A stretch of 64,000 nucleotides of DNA from Brevinematales bacterium (lineage in GTDB: Bacteria > Spirochaetota > Brevinematia > Brevinematales > JAOACQ01): positions 296 through 64,295 of the forward strand of contig JAGVOW010000034.1 in assembly GCA_020052515.1 (NCBI GenBank). The letters are read 5' to 3'. Below, piece after piece: positions 19,057 to 28,186 of the stretch; positions within the stretch are counted from its first letter, which is position 1; each line of letters starts with the position of its first letter. The position numbers and the translations under genes were made by a program. The notes beneath the pieces are model-generated. The model ran no database searches. It was given only the letters and a program-made list of their open reading frames with translations, and was not told the origin of the DNA.

Positions 19057-19911
19057 TCACCGGGAAGCAATAGAATGAAAGATGTTCTCTAACTCATCCT
19101 TTGAAAAATAATGGATCTCTATTCGCCCTTTTTTGGACGTTCCTTTAATTTCAACTTTAGCGCCTATTTTTTGAATAAATTTTTCCTCTATTTCATGGAG
19201 TGAACGATCCTTCTTTTTTGTTTCACGTGAAACATTTTTTGTTTCTTGAACTGAAAATGTCTTCGCTTCTCTTTCCGCTTCCCGGACAGAAAGGCCCTTT
19301 TCAATAATATAATGAGTAAAGCCAATCATTCGATCCAGATCCTCAATCGTTAAAACAGCCCGGGCATGCCCTTCGGTAATTTCCCCAGTTGCCACTTTTT
19401 CCCGTATGGTTTCCGGAAGCCTTAAAAGCCTCAGTGTATTGGCGACAGAACTGCGGTTTTTACCCACCTTCTTTGCCACTTCATCCTGGCCGCAACCCAG
19501 CCTATCCATTATTTCTTTATAAGCCAGAGCTTCTTCAATGGAATTTAACTCCTGACGCTGAATATTTTCTATCAAGGCTATTTCCAACCGGTCTTCATCG
19601 GTAAAATCTTTTATAATACAGGGAATCTCCATAAGGTCAGCCATTTTTGCCGCGCGCCACCTACGCTCACCAGCCACCAATTCATAAGTCCCATTACCCA
19701 GGTCGCTCACGATAATCGGCTGAATCACACCTTTTTCACGAATAGAATCTGCCAATTCTTTCAGCGCATTTTCATCAAAATTCTTACGAGGTTGATAACG
19801 GTTCGGAAGAATTTTATTAATATCAATAGAATTTACCTGCCCTTTGTCTATTTCTGTAGAAATATTTTCGTCGATTAAAGCCAGCATCCCCCGCCCAAGG
19901 CCGTGCTTCAT
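19057..19911 (-). CDS. parB: Chromosome partitioning protein ParB
   Basis: LVAGERRWRAA ParB box and HTH region. 4-bp overlap with parA. Confidence 0.96.
   Translation of the reverse strand: MKHGLGRGMLALIDENISTEIDKGQVNSIDINKILPNRYQPRKNFDENALKELADSIREKGVIQPIIVSDLGNGTYELVAGERRWRAAKMADLMEIPCIIKDFTDEDRLEIALIENIQRQELNSIEEALAYKEIMDRLGCGQDEVAKKVGKNRSSVANTLRLLRLPETIREKVATGEITEGHARAVLTIEDLDRMIGFTHYIIEKGLSVREAEREAKTFSVQETKNVSRETKKKDRSLHEIEEKFIQKIGAKVEIKGTSKKGRIEIHYFSKDELENIFHSIASR
19219..19234. promoter_or_regulatory. parS: parS site inside the 3' part of parB
   Basis: TGTTTCACGTGAAACA, identical to the 17543 copy. It encodes NVSRET within ParB. Confidence 0.9.
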
Positions 19912-20684
19912 AAAGAACTCCCCGCTTTCTTCAAAAACTCTTTCCCGAAATGAAAGTAGGCTTCCGCGCCCTGGCTTTTATAATCATACTCATAAATTGC
20001 CACCCCATGGCTGGGCGCTTCAGAAAGGCGCACATTTCTAGGAATAACTGTATGGTAAACATTTTCTTTAAAATAATTTTTCACTTCTTCCACTACCTGC
20101 TTTGACAGATTTGTCCGGGAATCGTACATCGTAATCAAAACACCTTCAACAGCCAGATTTTTATTCAACCCGCTTTTAACTATTTTGATTGCCTTCAGCA
20201 ATTGCGCCATGCCCTCCATCGAATAAAATTCGCTTTGCATCGGTATCAGAACGCTATCCGCGGCAACCAACCCATTTAATGTAAACAATCCTAAGGATGG
20301 CGGCGTATCAATTAAAATAAAATCATAGTCCTTTTTAATGGATTCCAGCGCGTCTTTCAAAACATACTCTTTCCTTGGAAAACCCATCATTTCGACTTGC
20401 GCCCCAGCTAAATCGAGAGTCACCGGGACCAGCTTCAAGTCAGGGTACTTTGTATCCAGTATTACGTCTTTGATCTGCTTTTTACCAATCAGCACTTCAT
20501 AAATCCCATTGCCTGTTCTTTCCTTAAAATTAACCCCCAACCCGCTGCAGGAATTCCCCTGCGGGTCAATATCAATCAGAAGGGTCCTCTTCTGGTCTTT
20601 TGATAAAAAAACAGCCAGGTTAATAGCAGTGGTCGTTTTTCCTACTCCACCTTTTTGATTCGCGATGACAATTGTTTTCGCCAT
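19908..20684 (-). CDS. parA: Chromosome partitioning ATPase ParA/Soj
   Basis: Deviant Walker A NQKGGVGKTTT; 258 aa. Confidence 0.96.
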   Translation of the reverse strand: MAKTIVIANQKGGVGKTTTAINLAVFLSKDQKRTLLIDIDPQGNSCSGLGVNFKERTGNGIYEVLIGKKQIKDVILDTKYPDLKLVPVTLDLAGAQVEMMGFPRKEYVLKDALESIKKDYDFILIDTPPSLGLFTLNGLVAADSVLIPMQSEFYSMEGMAQLLKAIKIVKSGLNKNLAVEGVLITMYDSRTNLSKQVVEEVKNYFKENVYHTVIPRNVRLSEAPSHGVAIYEYDYKSQGAEAYFHFGKEFLKKAGSSL

Positions 20685-20756
20685 ATTATTTCTCCATTAT
20701 TCTATTAAATTTCAATAAATCAAGTCATTCTTGAACTATAAGAAACAGCGCCTATG

Positions 20757-20785
20757 AGTATAAACACAAAAGGGCTTTTTTGCAA
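20757..20785 (-). promoter_or_regulatory. Sigma70-type promoter of parAB
   Basis: Minus strand reads TTGCAA, 17 nt, TATACT, immediately after the upstream terminator. Confidence 0.6.
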
Positions 20786-20818
20786 AAAAAAAGAGGCGCT
20801 ATCAGGCGCCTCTTTTTT
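20784..20818 (-). terminator. Rho-independent terminator (bidirectional shape) after the Zn-peptidase gene
   Basis: 8-bp GC-rich stem agaggcgc/gcgcctct with a 6-nt loop. Flanked by an A-run and a T-run, so the minus strand carries a T-tract after the stem. Confidence 0.8.
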
Positions 20819-20843
20819 AAAAGCCTTTACCGTAACAAATATT

Positions 20844-20867
20844 AGGCGCGGTTAATTAACCGCGCCT
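20844..20867. repeat. 24-bp palindrome AGGCGCGGTTAATTAACCGCGCCT (copy 2 of 3)
   Basis: Exact copy, 13 nt beyond the stop of the Zn-peptidase gene and upstream of the canonical terminator. Confidence 0.95.
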
Positions 20868-20879
20868 TTATACTCATCT

Positions 20880-21563
20880 CTAATCTCTATCTCTCGAAAT
20901 TAATATTAACCGAATCAAGTTCAAAATAGCCATCAACGCGGCAGCAATATAAGTCATCGCGGCGGCGCTTAAAACCGCCTGAGCGCCTTTCAATTCCTGA
21001 GTGTTCAAATAGGATCCAGCGCGTAATACTTTTAACGCCCGGCTGCTAGCGTCAAACTCTACAGGAAGAGTCACCAGATGAAAACCCACTACTCCCGCGA
21101 AAAAATAGATACCGAGCTGAGTCAGCATAGGTATGCTAAAGAAAAACCCAATAAGAAACAAGGGAATTGCCAGATTAGAAGTAATATTTACTACCGGCAC
21201 AACCGCGTTACGAAGAGCGATAGGCCCAAAACCCCGCGCATGCTGAATGGCATGCCCTGCCTCATGCGCCGCCACGCCTATGGCGGCTATCGAAGAACTT
21301 CCATAAACGCTCTCGGAAAGCCTTAATACTTTAGCTTTCGGATCATAATGATCTGTCAAGACACCCGAAACGCTTTCTATAGAAACACTGCTGACGCCAT
21401 AATTACGAAGAATCTCTCCCGCGGCTTCTTCCGCTCTTATACCACGACTTGACGCGATTTTAGAATACTTCTTAAATGTAGACTGGGTAACAAATTGTGC
21501 CCACAAAGCAAACAGAAAAGCCGGAATCAGCATCAAAAAAGTCCAATCATTCCAAAAAAACAT
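20880..21563 (-). CDS. Membrane zinc metallopeptidase (Zn_peptidase_2-like)
   Basis: HEAGHAIQH zinc motif and TM segments. Start moved to ATG 21563 (MFFWNDW), preceded by aaggaggg; the longer ORF would overlap the smc 3' end. Confidence 0.85.
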   Translation of the reverse strand: MFFWNDWTFLMLIPAFLFALWAQFVTQSTFKKYSKIASSRGIRAEEAAGEILRNYGVSSVSIESVSGVLTDHYDPKAKVLRLSESVYGSSSIAAIGVAAHEAGHAIQHARGFGPIALRNAVVPVVNITSNLAIPLFLIGFFFSIPMLTQLGIYFFAGVVGFHLVTLPVEFDASSRALKVLRAGSYLNTQELKGAQAVLSAAAMTYIAAALMAILNLIRLILISRDRD

Positions 21564-21576
21564 AAAAAAACCCTCC

Positions 21577-24500
21577 TTATCCCTCGATTTTAGGTTCGTC
21601 CGTTTTGAAGAGAAGTTCCGCTTCGTCAAAAGCGACATTAATGATTTTTGAAACGCCCTGTTCTTCCATGGTCACGCCATAGAGGGCATCGCAAATTTCC
21701 AGAGTCGACTTTGAGTGGGATACAATAATAAACTGGCTGGTCTGCTTGAAATCCTTCAGGATGGATTTGAAACGCTCGATATTGTCATCATCTAAAGGTG
21801 CGTCCATTTCATCCAGCACGACAAACGGCGTAGGCTTTAGATAAAGAATAGCAAAAATAACCGCAATGGCCACCAGGGCTTTTTCCCCTCCGGAAAGGAG
21901 CGAAATGCTCTGGAATTTTTTTCCGGGCGGTTCGGCGAATATATTGATACCGGAGTTTAAGACATCCTCTTCATTTTCCATCACCAGATCCGCGCGGCCG
22001 CCGTCAAAGAGGCGCGCGAATATTTTCTTAAAAGCCTTACGAATATCTTCAAAAGCAGATGAGAATTGATCCACGCACTTCGCGTTCGTTTCCGCAATCA
22101 ATGCCTTAATATCTTCTATTGCCTTTTCACTATCCTGCTTCTGCGTTAGTAGAAAATCCATTTTTTCCTTCGCGCCTTGATATTGCTCAATAGCCAGCAA
22201 ATTGACATCTCCCAGGTTAAGCAAATCCTGCCGGATTTTATTGATTTCCACCGAGATATTCTCAAAACTGTCTGCACTTTCTACTTGAATAGTCCGGACA
22301 TCCGCTCCAAAGTTCTTCATGCTGTTTTCAATAATCGAATCCAGAAAACCTCTTCTCTCAGAAACAGCGCTTTCCAGATTGACCAGCGTCTTTTCCAATT
22401 TCTGGATCGCGTCTTCGTTTTCTTTTCTTTTTAGCTCGAGAGCTTTTCGGGACTTCTGTAAACCTTCTATCTGACTTTTTTTCTGCTCAATTAACTCCTT
22501 GAGTTCGCTGCTTTTCTGGGTTTTTTCCCCAAGTTTTTTCGTATCGTCCAGAATTCTTTTATCCAATTCTTCGACAATCGCTATCGAATTATTTTTATCG
22601 CTTTCATAAGTGTTTTTTATTTTTTCAATATCCGCGATCTGATTTTTGATCCGGGCGGTTTCGTTTAACAAGGACTTGTATTTTTCTTCTACTCTCGCGA
22701 AATCGACTTTCTTCTTGTTTAAATCCTCAAACAAAGCATTCCTTTTATTTTTAAATTCCCGAATTTCTTCATCGTACTGATCCACGCATATCAGCATTTC
22801 CTCTATGAGGCTTTGTTTTTTTTCTATTATCGCCGAAAGTGAATTAATCTGATTTTCCAGTACCTTTTGGGCTTCCTGGGAAGATGCCAGCTGGTCCGCG
22901 ATTTTTTTCAGCTCATTCTTAAGATTGGCCAGTTCAAAATCATTTTTATTGTATTGATTCTGAATGTCTTCACGAACAGCCTGAAGCGCGAGAATTTTTG
23001 CTCTGGCAGCCTCTATTTCCTGCTCATTCTTCTGGATAGAGGAAACAATCGCTTCAATTTCCTTTTCGATAGTTTCCTTCCGGGTATAAGCTCCCTCGTC
23101 GCTGTAAAGAATGCCCAATATCTTTTCATAAGAATTTTTATAATCCGCGAAAAACGCCTTCAGCTTTTCAATCGAGTCTTTTACTTCCTGCACAGTCTGG
23201 TGCTTCTGAATCGAGTCCATCAAAGTTTGTATCACATTCTCAATATTACTTTCTAATAAAGGTTTTTGATGAGAAAATTTTTCCAGAAGCACCGCCTGCT
23301 TTTCCAGCGACTCCATAATGACTTTGTCCATCGACTTTAGTTTTACCTGCAATTCTTTCATCGACGCATTATGTTTAGAATTCTCACCCTTAATAGAAAC
23401 TTCCCGCTGAATCAGTAATTCCAGGTCGCCCATAATCTTTCCAAGCTCGCTTTTTAATTTTGAATTTTCCCGGGAAGAAACCTCAAACTGGTTTTTTTTC
23501 TCCTCCAATTCAATCTGGATTCCCCTGGAAAGATTCCATTTTTCTTCTAAGGACATTCGGTAAGTTTCCAATTTGGTCTGCACGGCAATGAGCTCATGTT
23601 TTTGCTTTTCAATGTCGTCTTTGCTGATGATCTTCTCAAAACCCAGTTCTTTTGAACGAAGAAGTATTCCAGAATCAAGCTGGCGAATTTCTGTGTGGAT
23701 AGCGTCTATTTTAGACTGTATGTCCAGATTCGCGTCCTGTACCCTTTCTTTTTCCTCAAAAACCTGGTCCATTTCCTGGCTTTTTTCAGTCAATTCCTGA
23801 TTCAGGCCTTTTCTTCTTTCTTCCCCTTCGAGAAGCCTGGCTTCCATACTTTTTAATTGATTTTGAACTGAGGTTTTTCTATCCCGATTATTTTCAAGCC
23901 TGGTCCTGGTCTCGCCTAATTCTTTTTCGATAAAACCGTAGTCTTCACGGGTGCCCAGCAGCTCTGTTTCACGATTTTGAATATCGCTCTCTACTATTAT
24001 AATGTTTTCTTCTTTCTGTTTTAATTCTTCAGCCAGAGGTTTTAATTTTTCTTCCGTCTTTCTTTTTTGATTCATCTTATCAGAAATTTCTTTCTCAAAA
24101 TTTTTAATCCGGAGCGCCTCAAATTTTAGTTCCAGATTTCGCAGAAGCGCCTTCCATTCATTGTACTTTGACGCGTTTTCCGCCTGTCCTTTCAGGCTTT
24201 CTATCTCTTTTGAAAGCCCAAGTATAATATCACTCACCCTTTCGATATTGATCCGTGAATTTTCGAGCTTCTTTTCCGCTTCTTCCTTCCGGAATTTAAA
24301 CTTCGAAATGCCGGCAAAGTCCTCAAAAAGCACGCGCCTTTCCATAGCGCTCTCACTGAGAAGCCGGTCAATTTTTCCCTGCTCAAAAATCGCGTAGCTA
24401 TCCCTGCCGATACCGGTGTCTAAAAAAAGTTCCACAATATCTTTCAACCGAACTTTTGACTTATTAATACTGTATTGACCTTCACCGGAGCGGAACATCC

Positions 24501-24813
24501 TTCTGGAAATCATCACCTCGTTGTAATCAATGGGCAGCCAATGGTTTTCATTATCAAAAGTGAGGCTCACTTCCGCCATACTGGCGGGGGTTCTATCGCG
24601 TGTTCCGTTAAAAATCACATCTTCCATTTTATCGCCGCGGAGGCTTTTGGCGCTCTGCTCACCTAAAACCCACTTGATCGCTTCCACAACGTTGGATTTT
24701 CCAGAGCCATTCGCGCCGACAATTCCGGTAATTCCATCCACCAGTTCAATAGTTGTTTTAACAGGAAAAGATTTAAAACCATGAAGATCTATGGTTTTTA
24801 AGTACCGAGCCAT
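21577..24813 (-). CDS. smc: Chromosome segregation protein SMC
   Basis: Walker A GANGSGKSN, long coiled coils, signature LSGGEKAL, Walker B VVLDEMDAPLD. 1078 aa. Confidence 0.95.
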   Translation of the reverse strand: MARYLKTIDLHGFKSFPVKTTIELVDGITGIVGANGSGKSNVVEAIKWVLGEQSAKSLRGDKMEDVIFNGTRDRTPASMAEVSLTFDNENHWLPIDYNEVMISRRMFRSGEGQYSINKSKVRLKDIVELFLDTGIGRDSYAIFEQGKIDRLLSESAMERRVLFEDFAGISKFKFRKEEAEKKLENSRINIERVSDIILGLSKEIESLKGQAENASKYNEWKALLRNLELKFEALRIKNFEKEISDKMNQKRKTEEKLKPLAEELKQKEENIIIVESDIQNRETELLGTREDYGFIEKELGETRTRLENNRDRKTSVQNQLKSMEARLLEGEERRKGLNQELTEKSQEMDQVFEEKERVQDANLDIQSKIDAIHTEIRQLDSGILLRSKELGFEKIISKDDIEKQKHELIAVQTKLETYRMSLEEKWNLSRGIQIELEEKKNQFEVSSRENSKLKSELGKIMGDLELLIQREVSIKGENSKHNASMKELQVKLKSMDKVIMESLEKQAVLLEKFSHQKPLLESNIENVIQTLMDSIQKHQTVQEVKDSIEKLKAFFADYKNSYEKILGILYSDEGAYTRKETIEKEIEAIVSSIQKNEQEIEAARAKILALQAVREDIQNQYNKNDFELANLKNELKKIADQLASSQEAQKVLENQINSLSAIIEKKQSLIEEMLICVDQYDEEIREFKNKRNALFEDLNKKKVDFARVEEKYKSLLNETARIKNQIADIEKIKNTYESDKNNSIAIVEELDKRILDDTKKLGEKTQKSSELKELIEQKKSQIEGLQKSRKALELKRKENEDAIQKLEKTLVNLESAVSERRGFLDSIIENSMKNFGADVRTIQVESADSFENISVEINKIRQDLLNLGDVNLLAIEQYQGAKEKMDFLLTQKQDSEKAIEDIKALIAETNAKCVDQFSSAFEDIRKAFKKIFARLFDGGRADLVMENEEDVLNSGINIFAEPPGKKFQSISLLSGGEKALVAIAVIFAILYLKPTPFVVLDEMDAPLDDDNIERFKSILKDFKQTSQFIIVSHSKSTLEICDALYGVTMEEQGVSKIINVAFDEAELLFKTDEPKIEG

Positions 24814-24844
24814 TCTTACTCCATCAAAATAAATCTAGACAATT

Positions 24845-24873
24845 ATTATATCTTCTAAATCGATACAAATCAA
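24845..24873 (-). promoter_or_regulatory. Sigma70-type promoter of smc
   Basis: Minus strand reads TTGATT, 17 nt, TATAAT. The -10 hexamer ends about 30 nt upstream of the smc ATG. Confidence 0.7.
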
Positions 24874-24897
24874 TTTTTGTAAACTGGCATATTAATT

Positions 24898-24927
24898 CCC
24901 CCTTTGAAAAGGGGGTTAGGGGGATTT
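24898..24927. repeat. C5-hairpin-G5 repeat element CCCCCTTTGAAAAGGGGG-TTA-GGGGGATTT
   Basis: Closely parallels 46321-46350, and both copies are preceded by attaat. Lies between the GT2 stop and the smc promoter. Confidence 0.75.
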
Positions 24928-25930
24928 AACCCCTTTTTTGAAACCAGCTGGTTATCCCTCCAAAAATCTCCGCCAATGCTATAAATGGAAGCATAATCTT
25001 ATTGACAAAATATTTATCATAATGAAAGATAATTCGCAAAGTATTAAAAATCGAAGAAAAATTTAAGGATCTCACACCGGCCAGAATGCTGAGTAAGCTT
25101 CTTTTTGACGCAAACAGATAGCTTTTTCGGACAATTTTTCCCCAATTTTTCCCTTCAAATAATAATTTTACTTTTTCATGATTCAAATATTTCTCAGTAA
25201 TATAATAAAATACTTCACTGTCCATACCTGCGCTATGCAATTGAACCGTGTCTGATTTGGGATTGAAACGCCAGCTTGAAAGAACCTCATCCAGGTAATA
25301 AAAATCATATTCCAAAGAAAAGCGCATGCAAATTTCCACATCCACGGCAAATTTCGCGTTTTTATCCAATAGCCCCAGCCGGTTAAAGCATTCTTTTCTA
25401 TACAGAATACCGGTTGGAACACAGCAAGGATAAACCCTGGCTAAAAAGTCAAACAATATTATTTTTTTATCTATCAGGCCGCTGTCCTTTCTATATTTAT
25501 AGAGATAATTCATTTTTTGAATCAGGTAAAAAACAGGATGGGTTCTTTCATCATTTTCATTAATAATCTCTAAAGGAGACATAACAACACCAACGTCAGG
25601 ATATTTATCCAGAATCGGAACCATTTTTTCAAGGCAATCCGGTTTCAACAAATCATCATCCATTAAATATTTTATGTATTTACCCTGAGACAATTCCAGC
25701 GCTTTATTTAAATTTCCCAGACCACCGATGTTTTTTTCATTCTTATGATATCGAATCGATGAATTATTTAAACTTTCTATTCCGTTTTTTGAATCTTCAT
25801 TGGAGCTATTGTCAGTAATGACAATTTCATAATCTTTGTATGACTGTGCGAGACAGGATTTCAAGGCTTTCAGCAATAAATCCGGACGATTGTAAGTCGG
25901 TATACAGATTGAAACAACCGGGCTTTTCAT
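24926..25930 (-). CDS. Family 2 glycosyltransferase
   Basis: VSICIPTYNR start of the GT-A fold and an LMDDD acidic motif. ATG 25930 overlaps the upstream stop (ATGA) and has a ggggag RBS. Confidence 0.88.
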   Translation of the reverse strand: MKSPVVSICIPTYNRPDLLLKALKSCLAQSYKDYEIVITDNSSNEDSKNGIESLNNSSIRYHKNEKNIGGLGNLNKALELSQGKYIKYLMDDDLLKPDCLEKMVPILDKYPDVGVVMSPLEIINENDERTHPVFYLIQKMNYLYKYRKDSGLIDKKIILFDFLARVYPCCVPTGILYRKECFNRLGLLDKNAKFAVDVEICMRFSLEYDFYYLDEVLSSWRFNPKSDTVQLHSAGMDSEVFYYITEKYLNHEKVKLLFEGKNWGKIVRKSYLFASKRSLLSILAGVRSLNFSSIFNTLRIIFHYDKYFVNKIMLPFIALAEIFGGITSWFQKRG

Positions 25931-26961
25931 TTTAATAGCTCCCCGCATAAATTTTGCGTGAACCCTTCAGCAATAAATGGGAATATTTTCGGCCCCGTAA
26001 CAAAATCGTGTATGGTGTTCAAATAATTCTGATGCTCCGAAGTGCTCATTTTTTTTAGATAGTCGTAAAGCTCATCATAACTCTTGAAATTCCTTTTATC
26101 AATGAAACAGCCAGATGGAATATAATCTTGAACATCCGGCGCGCCTAGATAAACTGGAATGCATCCGGAAAAGAAACAATCAAAAATCTTTTCAGTAATA
26201 TAGCCCGGTATAACAGCGTTTTCATAACAAATAGAAAACTTGTACTGTTTTAACACCTCTTTCTTTGTTTTTACAGGCCCTTTATAAGAAGGAAATAATT
26301 TTAATTTAGGAAAAAACGGCATTTTCTGATACAAGAATTTTAATCCAAAATTCAATGGAAACAACAAACCCGGAAAATAAAACTTGTCCCAATCTAGCCC
26401 AAAAAGGTCAAATTCTCCCGGATGATTTTTCTCAAACCACCGGATTGCCTTCACTCTTTCCGAATAAAGCTCAAGAGGATGATTCCAATATTTATGGCCG
26501 GCTATCACGCTACAAAATTTGCTTTTGAGCGACAAATCAAATGAAGAAGAATCAACTGCTAATTTATTCGAAAAACTCATCAAATGAAAATATTTTTTAT
26601 TATCCACCATATCCGTTTTCCACGTAAAAACTTTTTTAAAGTACTTATGATTTTTTTTATTAAAATTGGCCGGCCGCAGCATCCCGCACTCAAAAATAAT
26701 CAGGTAAAGCTCAGGATGCCTTTTTTGAATCAATTTCCTGAAATAGGAATTGAACTTTGTCGGGTAATCTAAAAAAACAATTTTATCAAATTTCTCCAGG
26801 GGCTCCATGTCTATAGTAGCGGCTTTATGCCCCGCTTCTTTTAAGTATTTACCAAGATAAACCATGGAGTAAAGCAAGTCATCACCGATAGGCGAAGAAA
26901 TATCGTTAAACATTCTATTCTTGTTGTAAAGGGAATAAAAATTATAAAATCCAATAACCAT
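25927..26961 (-). CDS. GT10-family (alpha-1,3/4-fucosyltransferase-like) glycosyltransferase
   Basis: YKFSICYENAVIPGYITEKIFDCFFSGCIPVYLGAPD resembles the H. pylori FucT motif YKFNLCFENSQGYGYVTEKIIDAYFSHTIPIYWG. Confidence 0.85.
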   Translation of the reverse strand: MVIGFYNFYSLYNKNRMFNDISSPIGDDLLYSMVYLGKYLKEAGHKAATIDMEPLEKFDKIVFLDYPTKFNSYFRKLIQKRHPELYLIIFECGMLRPANFNKKNHKYFKKVFTWKTDMVDNKKYFHLMSFSNKLAVDSSSFDLSLKSKFCSVIAGHKYWNHPLELYSERVKAIRWFEKNHPGEFDLFGLDWDKFYFPGLLFPLNFGLKFLYQKMPFFPKLKLFPSYKGPVKTKKEVLKQYKFSICYENAVIPGYITEKIFDCFFSGCIPVYLGAPDVQDYIPSGCFIDKRNFKSYDELYDYLKKMSTSEHQNYLNTIHDFVTGPKIFPFIAEGFTQNLCGELLK

Positions 26962-26969
26962 TTTGCTTC

Positions 26970-28160
26970 CTATTTACCGTTTATTGCCATTTCAAGCGCA
27001 TAAGTAAATATGTTATCCCAATCATATTTCAAAGCTAAATGAAAGGCGTTTTTCCTGTATTCTTTTATCATAGATTTATTTTTTAAATAATCAATGACTA
27101 CTTTTACAAAGTCACTTCTATTATAAGGTATCACAAACCCTGATTTATTATCTTGAATTTCTTTCGCAATAGGGGCTATGTCTGTCATTAATACCGGAAC
27201 TCCACAGCCAAGATAAGTTTTTACCTTGCCTGGATCGGTATTTTTCACATAAGGGTGATCGGGTTTGTAAGTGCAAATCCCAAGAACAGCTTGAGCCACC
27301 CTTTGTTCCATTTTATGAGGGTCTTTCATAAAACCCAAAAACGAAACATTTTTATCTAGTTTTTTCTTTTTCACTTCATTCCTTATTTCCTGTTCGTATT
27401 CATCCCCTTTTCCAATAATTATTAAACAAATATCCGGGAAGACTTTGATTAAATCCTCTAAAGCGCCAATAGCAAGTTCAATGCCCTGGTATTTATGAAT
27501 AAAACCCATATAAACCAGTTCCCTGGAGTGAACTTTATTCATGCTTAGATAATTCTCTTTCTTCACAAAAATTCCATGAGGTGTTACAATTTGATGAGGA
27601 AAAGTATGCCTCCATTTTTTCTCTCTTTCCCTTATCATGGCGCCGCTATAATTCCAGGTAATAGAGCTATACTTCGCGCACCATTTTTCAACAAGATGAT
27701 AAATAGTGTTTATCCATTTATTTTGAAATCTGTCCGGAATGTAGTCAATCACATAATATACCACTTTCCTCACTTTTCCGAAAGACTTTAGTATCAAACC
27801 AACAAAAGCATTAAGATTCCCGGCTCCGACAAACAGGTCAATTTTTCCTCTCACTTTAAATAAAACCCAGAAAAATGTAATAAAAGAATCTTTTATATAA
27901 GATAGGATTTCCGGCAATTTTTCTATGTTAGATTTAAAAGAACGGCGCTCTATACCTTTATGATATAATACAGCGTATGAATTTTTTATCTGATTATTTA
28001 ATACCGCCATGTTTGGATGGCCGATAAAAAAAACTTGATCTGCGTTATTTTTTAGCAGATAATCCCTTAATGAATGCGGCGGGCCGTACACAATATCATG
28101 ACACACTATGACAAATGACTTATCATCCAATTTAGTTTTATCTTTTAATATGCTATCCAT
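26970..28160 (-). CDS. GT4/GT-B family glycosyltransferase
   Basis: C-terminal Rossmann half with LIIIGKGDEY...VSFLGF...LGICTY...GKVKTYLGCGVPVL. ATG 28160 is preceded by aagga. Confidence 0.85.
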   Translation of the reverse strand: MDSILKDKTKLDDKSFVIVCHDIVYGPPHSLRDYLLKNNADQVFFIGHPNMAVLNNQIKNSYAVLYHKGIERRSFKSNIEKLPEILSYIKDSFITFFWVLFKVRGKIDLFVGAGNLNAFVGLILKSFGKVRKVVYYVIDYIPDRFQNKWINTIYHLVEKWCAKYSSITWNYSGAMIREREKKWRHTFPHQIVTPHGIFVKKENYLSMNKVHSRELVYMGFIHKYQGIELAIGALEDLIKVFPDICLIIIGKGDEYEQEIRNEVKKKKLDKNVSFLGFMKDPHKMEQRVAQAVLGICTYKPDHPYVKNTDPGKVKTYLGCGVPVLMTDIAPIAKEIQDNKSGFVIPYNRSDFVKVVIDYLKNKSMIKEYRKNAFHLALKYDWDNIFTYALEMAINGK

Positions 28161-28186
28161 AAAAATCCTTAATTCCACAAAGCCCT

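Noticed and set aside
21564-21638. Longer ORF-track starts for several genes (21638 for the Zn-peptidase, 41161 for obg, 63692 for DUF362, 62350 for the antitoxin, 29809 and 25948)
   Set aside because: The internal ATG codons have good RBSs or ATGA stop-start coupling and match the family N-termini. The longer versions would overlap upstream genes or contain their own promoter hexamers.
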